Source: Tubiluchus corallicola
Taxonomy: Eukaryota > Animalia > Priapulida
DNA: 64,000 nucleotides
Reading direction: 5' to 3'
Assembly (NCBI GenBank): GCA_030141605.1
Contig: JAQGDQ010001000.1
Location: 1-64,000, forward strand
Each line of letters begins with the position of its first letter. Within the stretch, counting starts at the first letter, position 1. Made by a program: the position numbers and the translations under genes. Under the pieces are notes generated by a model. It was not told the DNA's origin. It made no database searches and worked only from the letters and a program-made list of their open reading frames with translations. Below, in pieces: positions 40,374 through 53,168 of the stretch.

Positions 40374-41778
40374 AATTTCAATCCGGGGTACCTCATGCTG
40401 GTCGTCATGGCGGAACAGGTGCTGAGATAGAAGAGGAATCTTCTGTTAGATTAAAAGTTGGCACTAGGTTGTTTACAATAACCATGAGTTGGTAATGATA
40501 GGAAAGCCTACAGGCAGTGAAGGATCTAATCTTGCCAACACCACCAAAGTCTAAGTGGTTGGCTAAGAGCAGCTCATTAGTAACCCGAATACAATCAAAC
40601 TAATCCTATCCCCTGTTCATTAAAACAATAGCCTAGCAGCAGAGAGTCCCAAACGTGCAGTTAAGCGACTTCTGAAGACACGGTTCTTTTCTTCTTGACT
40701 GGGGTTGAGATTCGAATGTTGGACTTCGAGATGAACGGTAGAAGATTCCAAAATAGTTTGCAAACAGAACAATTGAAGAAAAACACTAAAATTGGTCAAG
40801 ACTGCTTGAGGATCCCAACCGATAAATTTTGCTTACAAATTATATTAATTTCCATGCAAAATATGATAGTAGTATTGTGCTCCTGTGAGCAGTATCCAAG
40901 CGTCCATGCCGCAATAGATTGCTATTTCCTAGTACATAAACAGTTCAATACCCCTATCCCATGCCTGGGCCTGTAAACAGCATCTATCTCTCAAGATTAA
41001 GCAACCGTGTCTCTCATTCAAGTACTTTCCAGACTTAATACTGCTCAACTATGTGCGGAAAAATGTAGGTTTTCGAGCGATGCGAAAATTTTAAACTATA
41101 ATAACTGTTTCGTTCATCAATAAGATTTAAATATTTCGAAATTGGTGATTTCATCCACATATTCAAGGTGCTTACGACATATAGCTTTCATTTAGTTCAC
41201 TAATCATTTACTAGATGGCGACACATGCATCATCATGTGACATCTAATTAATAAGAAAGAGGAAGCTAATAAAAAGCTCTGCCTCTAAACAGGTTTTTAT
41301 GGGATGACTACTCTTAAGTCTGTTGACTCATAATGCAAATGAGTTAATCCCAGTGCTGGCAGAGAGGGCAATCCCCCTAGAACAATACCTGCCGAAATGA
41401 TTTCTCAACAAGTTTGTACCTTTTGCAAGGTTGCCGCACGGTGCTGTAAGCTGGTCCCAAGTGGGGGCGGCCATTATGAAACCCGCTAATGTCTATTACG
41501 CGTGATAGACGGCCGATTACACAATGAACAGACGATGTAGCCGAGTAATGATGGCTCAGAGGCAAGCGTCCTATAATTATCACTTTATTCGGTAGGCTAC
41601 GAATAATTGCATTACGCACAGCGCATTCTTTGCAGGTCATAAACTGAGGTAGCTTTAGGTAAGGTTAAACTAGTTTGGACACAAATTCAGCGTAACATTA
41701 AGGCGAAGTTCGCAATTAAGAATGATTGCTTCATGTTTGCAATTTATCCTTTGAAAGACTATTAAAATTAAAACACAG

Positions 41779-41864
<86 letters not shown>

Positions 41865-41882
41865 CATCATTATTATTATTAT
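41779..41882. repeat. (ATT)n microsatellite
   Basis: Visible directly. Confidence 0.95.
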
Positions 41883-43317
41883 GTCTTTTTATTAAACAAT
41901 AAATACATTGTTACCACTGTGTGTCATGGATGACAGCAAGGAACAAAATTCTCGAACAGATTATTGCCTGCCATTCTGCCATCCTGATGGCAGTAGATCT
42001 CAAAAATGGTCATTGGTCAGCCTTTTTGGTTGACTCAAATGGTCGGCCTTTATATTGACTTTCACCAAACTACTCATTTTACAACACAGAGAAAATTTAA
42101 ATACAACATTCAACATTGTGAAGACTCAGAAAAAAGATAAAGCTTTCAAAATAACAATAATATCAATAACATGTAACAAAAACTAGAGAAATTACAGCTA
42201 GATGATAGTTTCTTAGTTTTAATATGTGCCTTTAGCAATAAGATTACGATGAAGTGTTTGTGGTGGGTTAAGTAACATAAAAATTGAAACTCGTTTTTTA
42301 AAATGCCCCTTACTTGTACGTCATTAACAAACATTTGCTAAAAGAATTCAGTACGTATTAACCCAGAAAGAAATTAAAGATAATAAGTTGAAATCAAAGA
42401 TAATAAAGTTAGAGAAAAAGTTGAGAAAAGATAATGTTTATTCACGATTTGTCCTCTTTTTCTTCAAATTTTGATTTATTAATGCGTTCCAAAACAGATG
42501 AAAACTCGACTACGGTATGTGGCTCTTTTTATGGAGATCCAAATATCTGTTTTTGTCAAGATCAAGAGATTCCAGACACATCTTTTAAACCAGAAGCAAT
42601 ATCCGTAATACGCTGTCGTAAAGATGGACGAAAATCGTAATAAAATTAACTTTACGCGGTAAAAGAAGAATTAGCGAGAGCAATAAAAGCACCATTCCGT
42701 CGAAGTTTACGATGGACAGTTTTCAAGAGCACATCTGGTGGTAGCCATTCAAAGCTGCAGCGACGCTGAATGACATTAAAAGGAACCAGCAGGGAGCGTC
42801 TCGAGCAGACAGACTTCACTAACAGGTGCAGAGCACGGTGATCTAACTGTTTTGGCTACCGGACAGGTAAATTAATACCTTTCTGGAGGAGTTAATGACT
42901 ACGCTTCAACCCTTCGTCGTTTCATTCCAACACCAATTCCTCCCACTTCAAATACTTCAAACCTTTTGACGGGCGTACCACCCACAAGCAGTCCAGAAAC
43001 TAGGTTAATTTGGCGTACGTGTAATAGTGATTGGTTGAGCCAATAAGTTGGATAGTTCGATTATTATTGACCTGTCTGACGCAATTAACATAAATTACTT
43101 ACTGTTGTTGCGGTAACAAGCATTGACCTACAGGGTGGCTTATTAATTTGTAATCATTAGTAGCATTTTACTAATTTGTCTGAAGTGATAATCACTTAAA
43201 GGAAAGGGCAAGCCTTTTGGGAAGTTAGGTTTATTTCAATGTTCGCGAAAAGTGTTAAAATTATTTAGTAATAAAAGTGCGATAAGCGCCTCGTTTAATT
43301 AGTGGAATCACTTTAAA

Positions 43318-43942
43318 GTCCTGATCGTTTCGCGTTTGGGCGCTCCCATTTCGATCTCTCATTCTTCCACCAATGACGTCATTCATCTTGAAGAAAAGTA
43401 GCGCTCAGTCCTGATTGTTTCACGTTTGGGCATTCCCATTTTGATCTCTCATTCTTCAACCAATGACGTCATTCGTCTTGAAGAAAAGTGCCACTCAGTA
43501 CTGATTGTTTCACGTTTGGGCGCTCCCATTTTGATCTCTCATTCTTCCACCGATGACGTCATTCGTCTTGAAGAAAAGTTGCGCCCAGTCTTGATTGTTT
43601 CACGTTGGGGCGCTCCCATTTTGATCTCTCATTCTTCCACCAATGTCGTCATTCGTCTTGAAGAAAAGTAGCACTCAGTCCTGATTGTTTCATGTTTGGG
43701 CGCTCCCATTTTGATCTCTCAATCTTCCACCAATGACGTCATTCGGCTTGAAGAAAAGTAGCGCTTAGTCCTGATTGTTTCACGTTTGAGCGCTCCCATT
43801 TTAATCTCTCATTCCTCCACCAATGTCGTCATTCGCCTTGAAGAAAAGTAGCGCTCAGGGTTTCACGTTTCGGCGCTCCCATTTTGATCTCTCATTCATC
43901 CACCAATGACGTCGCTCGTCGACTAAGGAAAAGTAGCGCAAT
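43318..43942 (+). repeat. 90-bp minisatellite, about 7 units
   Basis: Units start at 43318, 43408, 43498, 43588, 43678 and 43768; a shortened last unit follows. Confidence 0.95.
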
Positions 43943-43971
43943 TTGCTTTAAAAGCATAATACGCTTAGTCA

Positions 43972-44476
43972 AACGTATAAGATGTTGTCTGGAGATTCTA
44001 CATCTAAAGTCTTTAGAGGAGAAACGCGTTGAAAAAGATTTAGCTTTATGCTACCAAATTATTCATAGAGAAGTTGATGTTGACTTTGACAAATTTTTTA
44101 CCCGAGTAGAACAAGGCAAAATCATTCTCTGAAGCTTTTCGTGCATCGAACAGCTAAAGTATCATTTGATCAATTTTTCTCAAATCAAGTTGTACCGATT
44201 TGGAACTCATTGCCTGTATATGTTGATGGTGCACCCCTCGTAACTGCACAAAATATTAAGTTATTCAAAAGCCGCTTATATAAAGTTAACTTGCATAATT
44301 CCTTGTTCACAATAGAGACACATGTAAGCAGTTAATCTCTTTGTGTCTTTACCGCACTCTTGTAAATATTTTATTTGTATGTTTTTGCCAACTTGTTTTA
44401 TAATATATTGTTTTTATTGTAGACTGTATTTTACTGTTGGGTGTGAATATAATAAATAAATAAATACAAATAAAAT
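43972..44476 (+). mobile_element. CR1 LINE 3' fragment nested in the MITE
   Basis: LHLKSLEEKRVEKDLALCYQIIH..VDVDFDKFF / FFSNQVVPIWNSLP...FKSRL, with an (AATA)n tail. Confidence 0.85.
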
Positions 44477-44749
44477 AATCAGATAGCTAATTTTGTGGTA
44501 TTTCTGTGGTGAACGTTAAGCAAGCTGATAGAAATTTGATAATTCCTATAGGACAGCTTTTCTTTATTGTATTTTTCTAGGTTTAAGTGATCACAGTAAA
44601 GTAAACCCAACATGTTAAGTGACTTGTACTTTCCTTTAAACTAACCGACAAAGTCAACATCTAGCTTTTAGATGAAACAACCTCTGATTATTAATCTTCA
44701 AGCTGCTAATTACACTAGAAAATTTTAATTAGCACTAGAACATCAACGT

Positions 44750-45308
44750 TTAAAGGAAAACCGGACGATTGTGTAAACTCTAGTTCAGAATAAAGTATGC
44801 TCTAAAAAATTAAAAACTACAAAAGCTTATTTTAAATCAAAGCTTAGATTAACTAATAAATACCCCGGATACTCAAATTTCGTTAAACTTTCAAAGCTAC
44901 GCGCGGCTCGGTGAATCTACTAAGATTGGCAGCGGCGAATTTTTGTCACATTCGCGTGGCCGACAAAAAGCAGGCGGTACCGTGATAAGCATGATCATGA
45001 ACTGCTGTGTTAGTTTCTGACGTCATGTGATATAGAGCCCATTTTTCGTGACATCATGCGTTTAAGCAATACTGTAACACCTATGCAAATATGCTTGACG
45101 CGCAAGGGAAGACGCCTGCCATTGCACAAATTGTGGTTAGTTTCTGACGTAAGCAATAGGGCTGTGTTCGGTTGCCTTTAATTAACTTTCTAAGCTAATT
45201 ATTCAAATATAAGGAACAAACTCTTAACTTTTATGGCAAGGAAATGTATATTTTGGACAGTAAATTAAAATGAGATTGAGTCTAAACAAGCGTCCGGTCT
45301 TCCTTTAA
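44750..45308 (+). mobile_element. Kolobok-like MITE family B, full length
   Basis: TTAA target duplication; ~27-bp TIR aggaaaaccggacgattgtgtaaactc / gagtctaaacaagcgtccggtcttcct. Confidence 0.85.
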
Positions 45309-45730
45309 GAAATAAATGCTGTTCTTAGGCGAAACCGATCTTCAAAATAGCCCCTCTTAAGATGTTCACCAGCCGGGACACTTGGGTCAATATTATGACA
45401 ATGCGAGACCCTTGAAACTCAGAGTACACATAATGGCCAACCGACAACTGACACACATCTCCGTCAGTGGTCACTGGAAAAATATCCACTGGTCAAGGGT
45501 AAATATTTTCACAAAATTAAACTATGCAGCGATACAAGTATAGCCAATTGTTACTCTTTCACTGCTTTGAAATATCTGGTGTCCAGCGGTGAGAGACTGG
45601 ACAATGAATCTTGAATTAAATGGGACAATTCTACGAGAATAAATGCTTGAAATGAATTCATGGTATTGTGCAGGCACAGTCGAAGCTTGTAAGTACAGTT
45701 AACGGTTCAACACTGTAGATGCAGCAACAA

Positions 45731-45958
45731 TACCGGGTGATGCAGAAAAAAGTGCCGACGTTTAGACTACAATACCATAAGAAGCAAATGCTTTACAAAG
45801 TTAAATTTTCACGGATTCATACTAAAATTCATTGACTTTCAGCTGTGAAAGATACAAGTTTAATGTATGAGTGGTTTTTAAGTTGTGGGCGAAAGGCTTT
45901 TATGAAAGTCTGTGTGAAATATGAAACAAATCTTCGTCACATTTTTTGCACCACCTGA
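45731..45958. mobile_element. Tc1/mariner-like MITE
   Basis: ta-ccgggtgatgcagaaaaaagtg ... cacattttttgcaccacctg: imperfect TIRs. Confidence 0.5.
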
Positions 45959-46258
45959 AGTTTTCAGACGGTCACAAATTTCAGATTTTAGACAAAATTT
46001 CTAAATAACTGATATTACAGTGGTAACATGTTCAATTGTGACGTATACGTGTAGTCATTACACCTCGCAATGTGCAGAATTGAACTTTAATTAGGCACAG
46101 GTATACATACCAAATCACTTATCAGTACCAAAAATTGATGCGTTTTTATACCAGAAATGTAAGGTATTCTTAGACATATGTAGTTAGTTTTAAGCATATT
46201 CTAGACCTCGCTAACACACATAATATTTATTCTGCTAGATTGAAAAAACACCTATATG

Positions 46259-46860
46259 CAGGCCAGGATTATCACATAGGCTAGTTTAGGCTGTAGTTTA
46301 GGATCCCTCAAGTTTTGAGAACATTTGGAAAAATCTGTTCACTACAGCTGTGTTGAAAAACGTGTTAATTTGGTTTGCAATAATCAGTAAAATCGTGCTA
46401 TTTCTTAAAAGATATTTTTATTGATAAACAAAAGATAGTTTGAAGTAAACTTCTTACAAATTTTTTAAGCAAACTAACTATCTTTTGTTTTTGGTGGTTT
46501 GCAATGAGTTTAGACTTCTGATTGCTGTACATATCGGCTGGGCCGGATTATGGCCTTTTGTCACCCCTGGGCTAATAAAATTACCCCCCTCAGATGAAGC
46601 CACCCTCTAATTCCCCTTCGCCTTGAATATTTTTACTTTTGACATATTTCAACGTCGTTTACATAGTTTGAAGTAAACTTTTTTGAAGCAAACTAACTAC
46701 GTAAATGACGTTGAAATATGTCAAAAGTAAAAATATTCAAGGCGAAGGGGAATTAGAGGGCGGCTTCATCTGAGGGGGTAATTTCTTTAACCCAGGGGTG
46801 ACAAAAGGCCCAGCCGATATGTACAGCAATCAGAAATCTAAACTCATTGCAAACCACCAA
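46259..46860. mobile_element. hAT-like MITE whose 3' end plus flank is duplicated in inverted orientation (370-bp palindrome 46491-46860)
   Basis: Starts caggccaggattat. Arms 46491-46668 and 46695-46860 are near-perfect reverse complements. Confidence 0.8.
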
Positions 46861-47449
46861 TAATCTGTACCGCAAATTCGACTTAATCTTGTGCAAATTC
46901 AGTGGCAGAAACGGCAAACGTCCTTTGGAGATAAGGTTTCCGCTGGTCAGGCGATTGCCCTTATCTTAGCAACAGGATTACTGACCCCTGGACAGTAAGT
47001 GATGACCAGTAGAGAAGAGATGGGCACCAGCTTGTTGGTAACGTGTACATAGGTGCACGCCTCGGCCGATTTCAGACGGTAAAAACGTATCAGTTACAGC
47101 GATTTACATCAGATACAGATGAGATTTTCGTGAAAAGCAAAACACTTCTCAATATGAGAGTTCAAATCTACACCGTAGCTGATGCCATTTCGAAGTTTGA
47201 CCTATTATGGAAATGATAAAAGTTTACACTGTATTTATATGAAACCATCTATCCCCTTGTGCAAAATGGCTCCGTCCAATTATCCAGCTAGTAACACGTT
47301 TTCAAATATTAGTAATCATTGCGCATTATTTAAAAAGTTTGGGAGCTGAATATCCCAACTGGGAGAAGAACCTCAACAGTCACATTTGTTCCAGACATGC
47401 AATGCGAATTCATTTCGGAACGAAGTGAGGGAATCCTAAAGCTTAGTCT

Positions 47450-47592
47450 CGTTGCTGTCGTTATCGTTGTCGTTGTTGTCGCTGTTGTTGTTGTTGTTGT
47501 TGTTGTTGTTGCTGTTGTAGTTGTTGTTGTTGTTGCTGCTGCTGCTACTGTTGCTGTTGTCGTTGTATTGTCGCCGTCGTTGCTGTTGTTAT
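47450..47592. repeat. (GTT/GCT)n microsatellite
   Basis: Visible directly. Confidence 0.9.
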
Positions 47593-48266
47593 GTCGCATT
47601 TGTCTTTGAAAGCAGCCACAATTTTCATCGTAGACTGAAGATTTTCATAAAGATACTACGGGCCATTCCGCGGACTTTAACGAAACTCCATTTCTCACTT
47701 TCCAAACGCGGTCCTCAAATTTGCCCGTTAAACGAATCTCGGTCGTCAGATGGATGCGCCCTACGCATTTGTACATTGCTGGGGGGTTTCTTTCATTCTA
47801 ATGCACAAATCGATCTACCCTCAGCCAAGCGTGTTCTCAATTTTTACGAAAAAAATGGATTCATGACAACCATAAACGATTCCTATGATTTTCTTGTAGA
47901 AAGTCGGAAACCATTAACATTGCACGAAATTGGCAAGCAGAACATGGCAGATCTAAGCACATTAGTGTTTTCAAGCAATTGTCCACCAATGATTCCACCA
48001 ATTGTCCTTTCTCATTGATGTAGTGTTTGAACTACAAATAACGTGCATAACTGAACAAATGGGCGTGCCAAACAAGAACAAGAACAACAGTAGAATTAAT
48101 GTCCTAAGAAAGTGTCCCAGAATTTGAAGTGCTCAACGACAAATTGCATAAACTATCGGCAAAATAGAAATTATTTGATATTTCGACAAAATAAAGAAAT
48201 TTCTGAAACATTTTCAGAGAAACTGAAAAGTCGGTAACTGCGGGAAGTCTACCAAGTGTTAGAAAA

Positions 48267-48720
48267 TTAAAGGAAAAGAAAACCTTTTACTTACATAAAG
48301 CTAAAAAATCGTCTTGTATCATTTACATATTGCTTTATTGCGCAGAGAGCTTGCATTAGCAGTAACGGTATATAAAGCGTGTGAATTTTTTTTTATTCCC
48401 GCAATGACTGTTAGGTGCAGCCATTTTAATGGTAAGTCGTTTGAAACAAGTTTAGAAAACATTGCGTTAATACTAAGCAAAAATACCTAAATAACTGTAT
48501 GTGACCAATAAGCTTAAAATGCCTTTCTTGGTGAATCAGTGGTGCACAGTGGGAAGGCTAAGTCAATGACATTTTACCAGTTGGCACGAACATTTTAAAT
48601 TATCAAGAATTTTTTTCCAATTACATGTCTTTTAAACAGGTAAGCGTAATGCTAAGTAATATAATTTTATATGAAAAGTTATTAAGTGATACTCCAAAAT
48701 TCCCTTTTCTTGTTCTTTAA
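48267..48720 (+). mobile_element. Kolobok-like MITE family A
   Basis: TTAA-aggaaaagaaaa ... ttttcttgttct-TTAA. Confidence 0.8.
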
Positions 48721-51303
48721 CCGTGTGAATGGAAATTATGCTAGCATTTCACCTTATGCATTCAGACCTCTATTTCCTTATGTCTGACAAATGAACAGAC
48801 TGCAAAGAGGTGCCTCATCACATCACAAAACAAGCTTCCCTTTCTCAGAAAACCTACCAGATGAAAAGAGGCGCGAATGTTGTTGTGCCACCAATAATAA
48901 ACAGATGAACCGTTATAAACAGATGTTCGACTCCTCCAGGACAACCGGGAGGAGGAGGCGGGAAAGAAGCGCCTGCGTACAAAGAAACGGGAGGGAAAAC
49001 TTGGAAAAACACCGGATTCACTTACGAAAAAAAATGTTTGAAGTTTGATGTTCATGCAAGAGAGGCGAAGAAGGACCTTTTCAAGCAGCGCTGTGAGTGT
49101 TATCTAATAAACTGGGATTGAATTAAATGAATCAAATATTTTCCAGTGTGAACAGTGCCTAATAAGATGCATTTTCTTCGGTTTTACACAGTACTTGCAC
49201 TTTTTAAGCCCGTACTCACACGAAAACGACATTACTAAAATAAGCACCATATTAACTGTAGGAAATAGCATTTTCTATTGGACATTTTTTCAGTTATAAT
49301 AGCAGTATGTATTCATATCAAACTCGACAATACCACAAATTCCATATTCCTAAGTGCAGAACAAACGTTATGAAACATTCTGTCATGTATGATAGTGCTG
49401 TAATGTGGAAAATTTACCCAGTAAAATAAAACAAGCCAGTAATATAAATAAATTTAAGAAACTTTAAAAAAAATATTTACTAAGAAAATATGTTAATTCG
49501 TAAATGATGTAAGTTTTTACCATAATTATACAATTTTATCATACTAATCAAGTTATGGTGAGTGACTAGACAACCTACGGTCTTTCCTCGCCCCGTCTCC
49601 AGGGATAAAGTAAAGTCTTTTTTTCGTAAAATGGAAATTTGTGACACATTTGGAGAAAATAAATGTCTATGTCTATGTCCATGTCCATGTCCATGTCTTT
49701 GTCTTTGTCTATGTCTATGTCTAAGGACTGCAAAATACTTCAGTGTTACGTTTCGGGTCATCTTAATCCATCAGCAGCAATTCAATGCAATTCGATTCAA
49801 TTTATTTATCTCTTTAGAAGACTACAAAAGAACATTATTAATAACAGAATCAATAATACGGGGTGAGGAATGATTCCAATAGACAGATATAGAACTAGAG
49901 AAAGGATAGCGAAAACACTATAAAGTCATCAGCAAAACAAATCAGAACGAAGAGATAAATATCTCAAAAATGGAAACACAAATAATTTTATCTGATATGA
50001 GACATTACTTATCCTTTATTTGTCTCATGAGTCAAAGTTTGGTTGTATTTGCAGTTTTTTATTGTATTTGGAGTTTTTGATTGTATTTGCAGTTGCAACT
50101 TTGCTTAAGTTGATGATGGGCCAGGTTGTGACACGAGAAGTATTTGCCAACCAATAAACAATGTTAATTCCTATAGTAACGATTGATTAGTAACTTTGAC
50201 GTTGATTTTAAAGACTCGTAATATTAATTTAGCATCACTCTTTGACAGATAACATTAGCACGAATATCAATTTAGGGAATTACGACAAAACAGGTCAAGG
50301 AATCCAATGATTTTACACTTGTAGACAAATAACAAATACTGTAACATACACGGAACATATTCCCTGGCGTTTGCAGGCGCTGGAATCGAACCCACAACCA
50401 CTGCAATTTCATTTTTCGTACATCAGTCTGTTTTCGTTACATTTTTACTAGACACACAACTAATCTTGTCAAAGCTGTACACCATTAGTCACAAAATCCA
50501 GCACACGGGGGTGCCATAAAACAAAGCCTGTCACGTGCAACCTGAATTTAAGCTACTGGAACTACTCACAGAATGACAGACAGACGTGTGTTTGTTTACA
50601 CAAGGACGGCTTAATTGCTACAGCAATAAATTACGCTGGTTTCTCAACGACATAATGAAATAATTAGCGACCATTTTCGTTTCGGACTTTTGGTTCGTGC
50701 AAAACGTTCTCAGGCCCCAAAATTCTGATCGTAACTTTGAGAAATTGAAAACTATTTATGAATTCGCTGCCGAGAAAAATAAAATTACCCCTGGAGCTGC
50801 TGGTTGCCTCTAATCCACAATTTTGATCAGATCATTGCTGTAATTGTTGTATTCAGCAATAATAGTAAACTAAATGATTGATTATTTGAGCCTGGTAAAA
50901 ATTACGTTTCAACACAACGAAGGAGCAAATTTTTGGCAAATAATCCAACTGCCACGCCCCCTATTGGGCCCCTAAGATTTGACACACAACGTATATTCTG
51001 CAGCACAGAGTATGCGAGTCATAACTAAAACTCTGAACACGTTCAAAATAATGTGTGTCAGTAGTAGCTTACTCGAAATTATGGGCAATAATAATCACAT
51101 AATTGATACAACTGTTAATACCAATTATAATCAATAACTATAATGAAGCTTTTAAAATAGCAAACTAATTACAGACTTACAGTAATTGCAATCCGTAACA
51201 TCAAACAATAAGGGTCAGGTTAGCAAAACTTTGCTTCAAAACTATAATACGTGGATCATAACTACTATTAATTAATGTAATTGATAATACAATTAACTTG
51301 AAT

Positions 51304-51565
51304 TATTCTGAGTTTTGGATTTTTGAACTAAATACCAGTTATCGAACAATCGTACTTTTGTATAAACTAACAGACTGACGTACAGTGGATAATTGTCTCT
51401 GGTATCTCTTCATTACTCTGTGGGCTTGTATATATTAAATTTTAAGTATTAACTAATGAACTACTCGTATGTTTGAACTAACTATCTGTGTAATTACATT
51501 TTCGAACAACAAATTACGATTGTTCGATAACTAGTATTTAGTTCAAAAATCCAAAACTCAGAATA
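51304..51565. repeat. 51-bp inverted repeat around a ~160-bp spacer (possible TA-flanked MITE)
   Basis: tattctgagttttggatttttgaactaaatac(c/t)agttatcgaacaatcgta at 51304-51354 and, reversed, at 51515-51565; one mismatch. Confidence 0.85.
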
Positions 51566-51794
51566 GTATATATATATATATATGCATTTTAGTTGAAAAC
51601 AGATACATATGTATCTATATATACAAATATATCTCTTCTCAATTAAAATGTATTTGTTGCACATAGTGCAAACACTTTGATCAGTAATATTACTGTACGT
51701 TAATCCACTTAAAATAAATGAAATTATATCTATAAAATCTATTAATAAATGTTCACATTGTGGTAATTTTTACACTATAAAAGACACGTGTCGG

Positions 51795-51878
51795 TGTCCT
51801 AACATGTTTATGTCAGAATTTGTCCAGCAGATGTCGCTGTCCTAACATGTTTATGTCAGAATTTGTCCAGCAGATGTG
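51795..51878. repeat. 43-bp tandem duplication
   Basis: tgtcctaacatgtttatgtcagaatttgtccagcagatgt x2. Confidence 0.9.
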
Positions 51879-52697
51879 TCTGCCCGCGCGAGGAGATACC
51901 CATGAGAACTGCTAACCACGTTTGAGCAAAAAAATCACCCTGGAAATCTCGCCTGCCCAACTTTCCCATGCACGGCGATAGCAAAAAAGAGGAATGCGGC
52001 AAAATGCGAGGCAAGTCTTCCCTTTTTAAGCGACGTATTTGCAAGATAAGGTGGGGTTGCGCTATTGTCAGTCTGCTCGGATTTAAGCCGTTTCTCGAAA
52101 AGAGATGACGGGTAGAGAGAGAGATGCGACGGGAGATAATTTCCCGTCTCTTTTGTGTGAAAACGTTCGACAGTTTCGCGAGATTCGCTTACGCCCTGAA
52201 TAGGGGCTTACATTAAAAAGTCAATAGCGGCTTTTAGTCAGGGTATCAACTTCAACTAGTCGGACAACAGGCAGACAGCCTGACACTGGTGAGCTTTAAG
52301 CTACTGGCTTTCTCAATACAAACCGATTACTGCCGTTGCACAATGTCAAACTGCTTATCTTTGGTAGAAATCTGTCAGTTAGGATCTTGAAAAAGTTTAA
52401 ATGCGGGCACTTGAACTTTTAATCCCCTAAATCTAAAAGGTTGGGTCCTCCGATGAGATCAAAACTTGCTGAGCTTGCTGACTGTTTGGCTTGCGTTCCC
52501 ATGCATGCAAATTTGAAAAAAAAGTGTTTGGAATATTTAGAATTCTTCACATTCTTGCGTGCACAAAGTGGAAAAATTTGCAGTCAAAGTGGAAAAATTT
52601 GATACAAAACCATACATGGTCAAAGATATACAAATGATCATTTTTTGTAGTAAAGATACGGCAAAGCAGGAAGAATGAAAGAAAAACAAAGAACAGC

Positions 52698-53168
52698 TTA
52701 AAGCGCGTTCCAAAAAACTTTCTATAAAAAGTTACATTACTTAGTATTATGTTTACCTGCTTATTAGACTTGTGTGACTAGAAAAAATTCTTACTAATTA
52801 AAAACGTTCGCGCCATCAGGTAAAACGTCACTGACTCACCTTCCCAGTGTGCACCACTGATGCATCAAAGAACACATTATTGATTTAATTGATAACGTAA
52901 AGTACTTTGTACTTTTGCTTATTCAGTGAAGAATGCGCAACGAATGCTCTGATTATTTTTGAAAACTTTACGCAATGTCATCTAAACTTGTTTCAAATGA
53001 CTTAAAATGGCTGCGCCAAACGACAATCGTGGGAGTTTAAATTTAAACGTTTTACACAGCGTTACTGTTCACGCAAACTCTGCATGCAATGAGACAGCAT
53101 GCAAGTGATACAAAATTTCAAGTCGAATTTTCTTACTTTACGTAAGTAAAGGGATTTCTTGTGCTAGA
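52698..53168 (-). mobile_element. Kolobok-like MITE family A
   Basis: ctcaccttcccagtgtgcaccactga core; ends tttcttgtgct. Confidence 0.75.

Larger units (their letters stand above)
43196..44639 (+). mobile_element. Kolobok-like MITE family C, expanded by a 90-bp array and a nested CR1 fragment
   Basis: TTAA-AGGAAAGGGCAAG ... CTTGTACTTTCCT-TTAA: imperfect TIR with TTAA target duplication. Confidence 0.8.

Noticed and set aside
41645-41666. let-7-like seed TGAGGTAG
   Set aside because: The remainder does not match let-7 and no precursor hairpin is evident.
43318-43942. CRISPR-like 90-bp periodicity
   Set aside because: Pure tandem repeat inside a MITE; no spacers.
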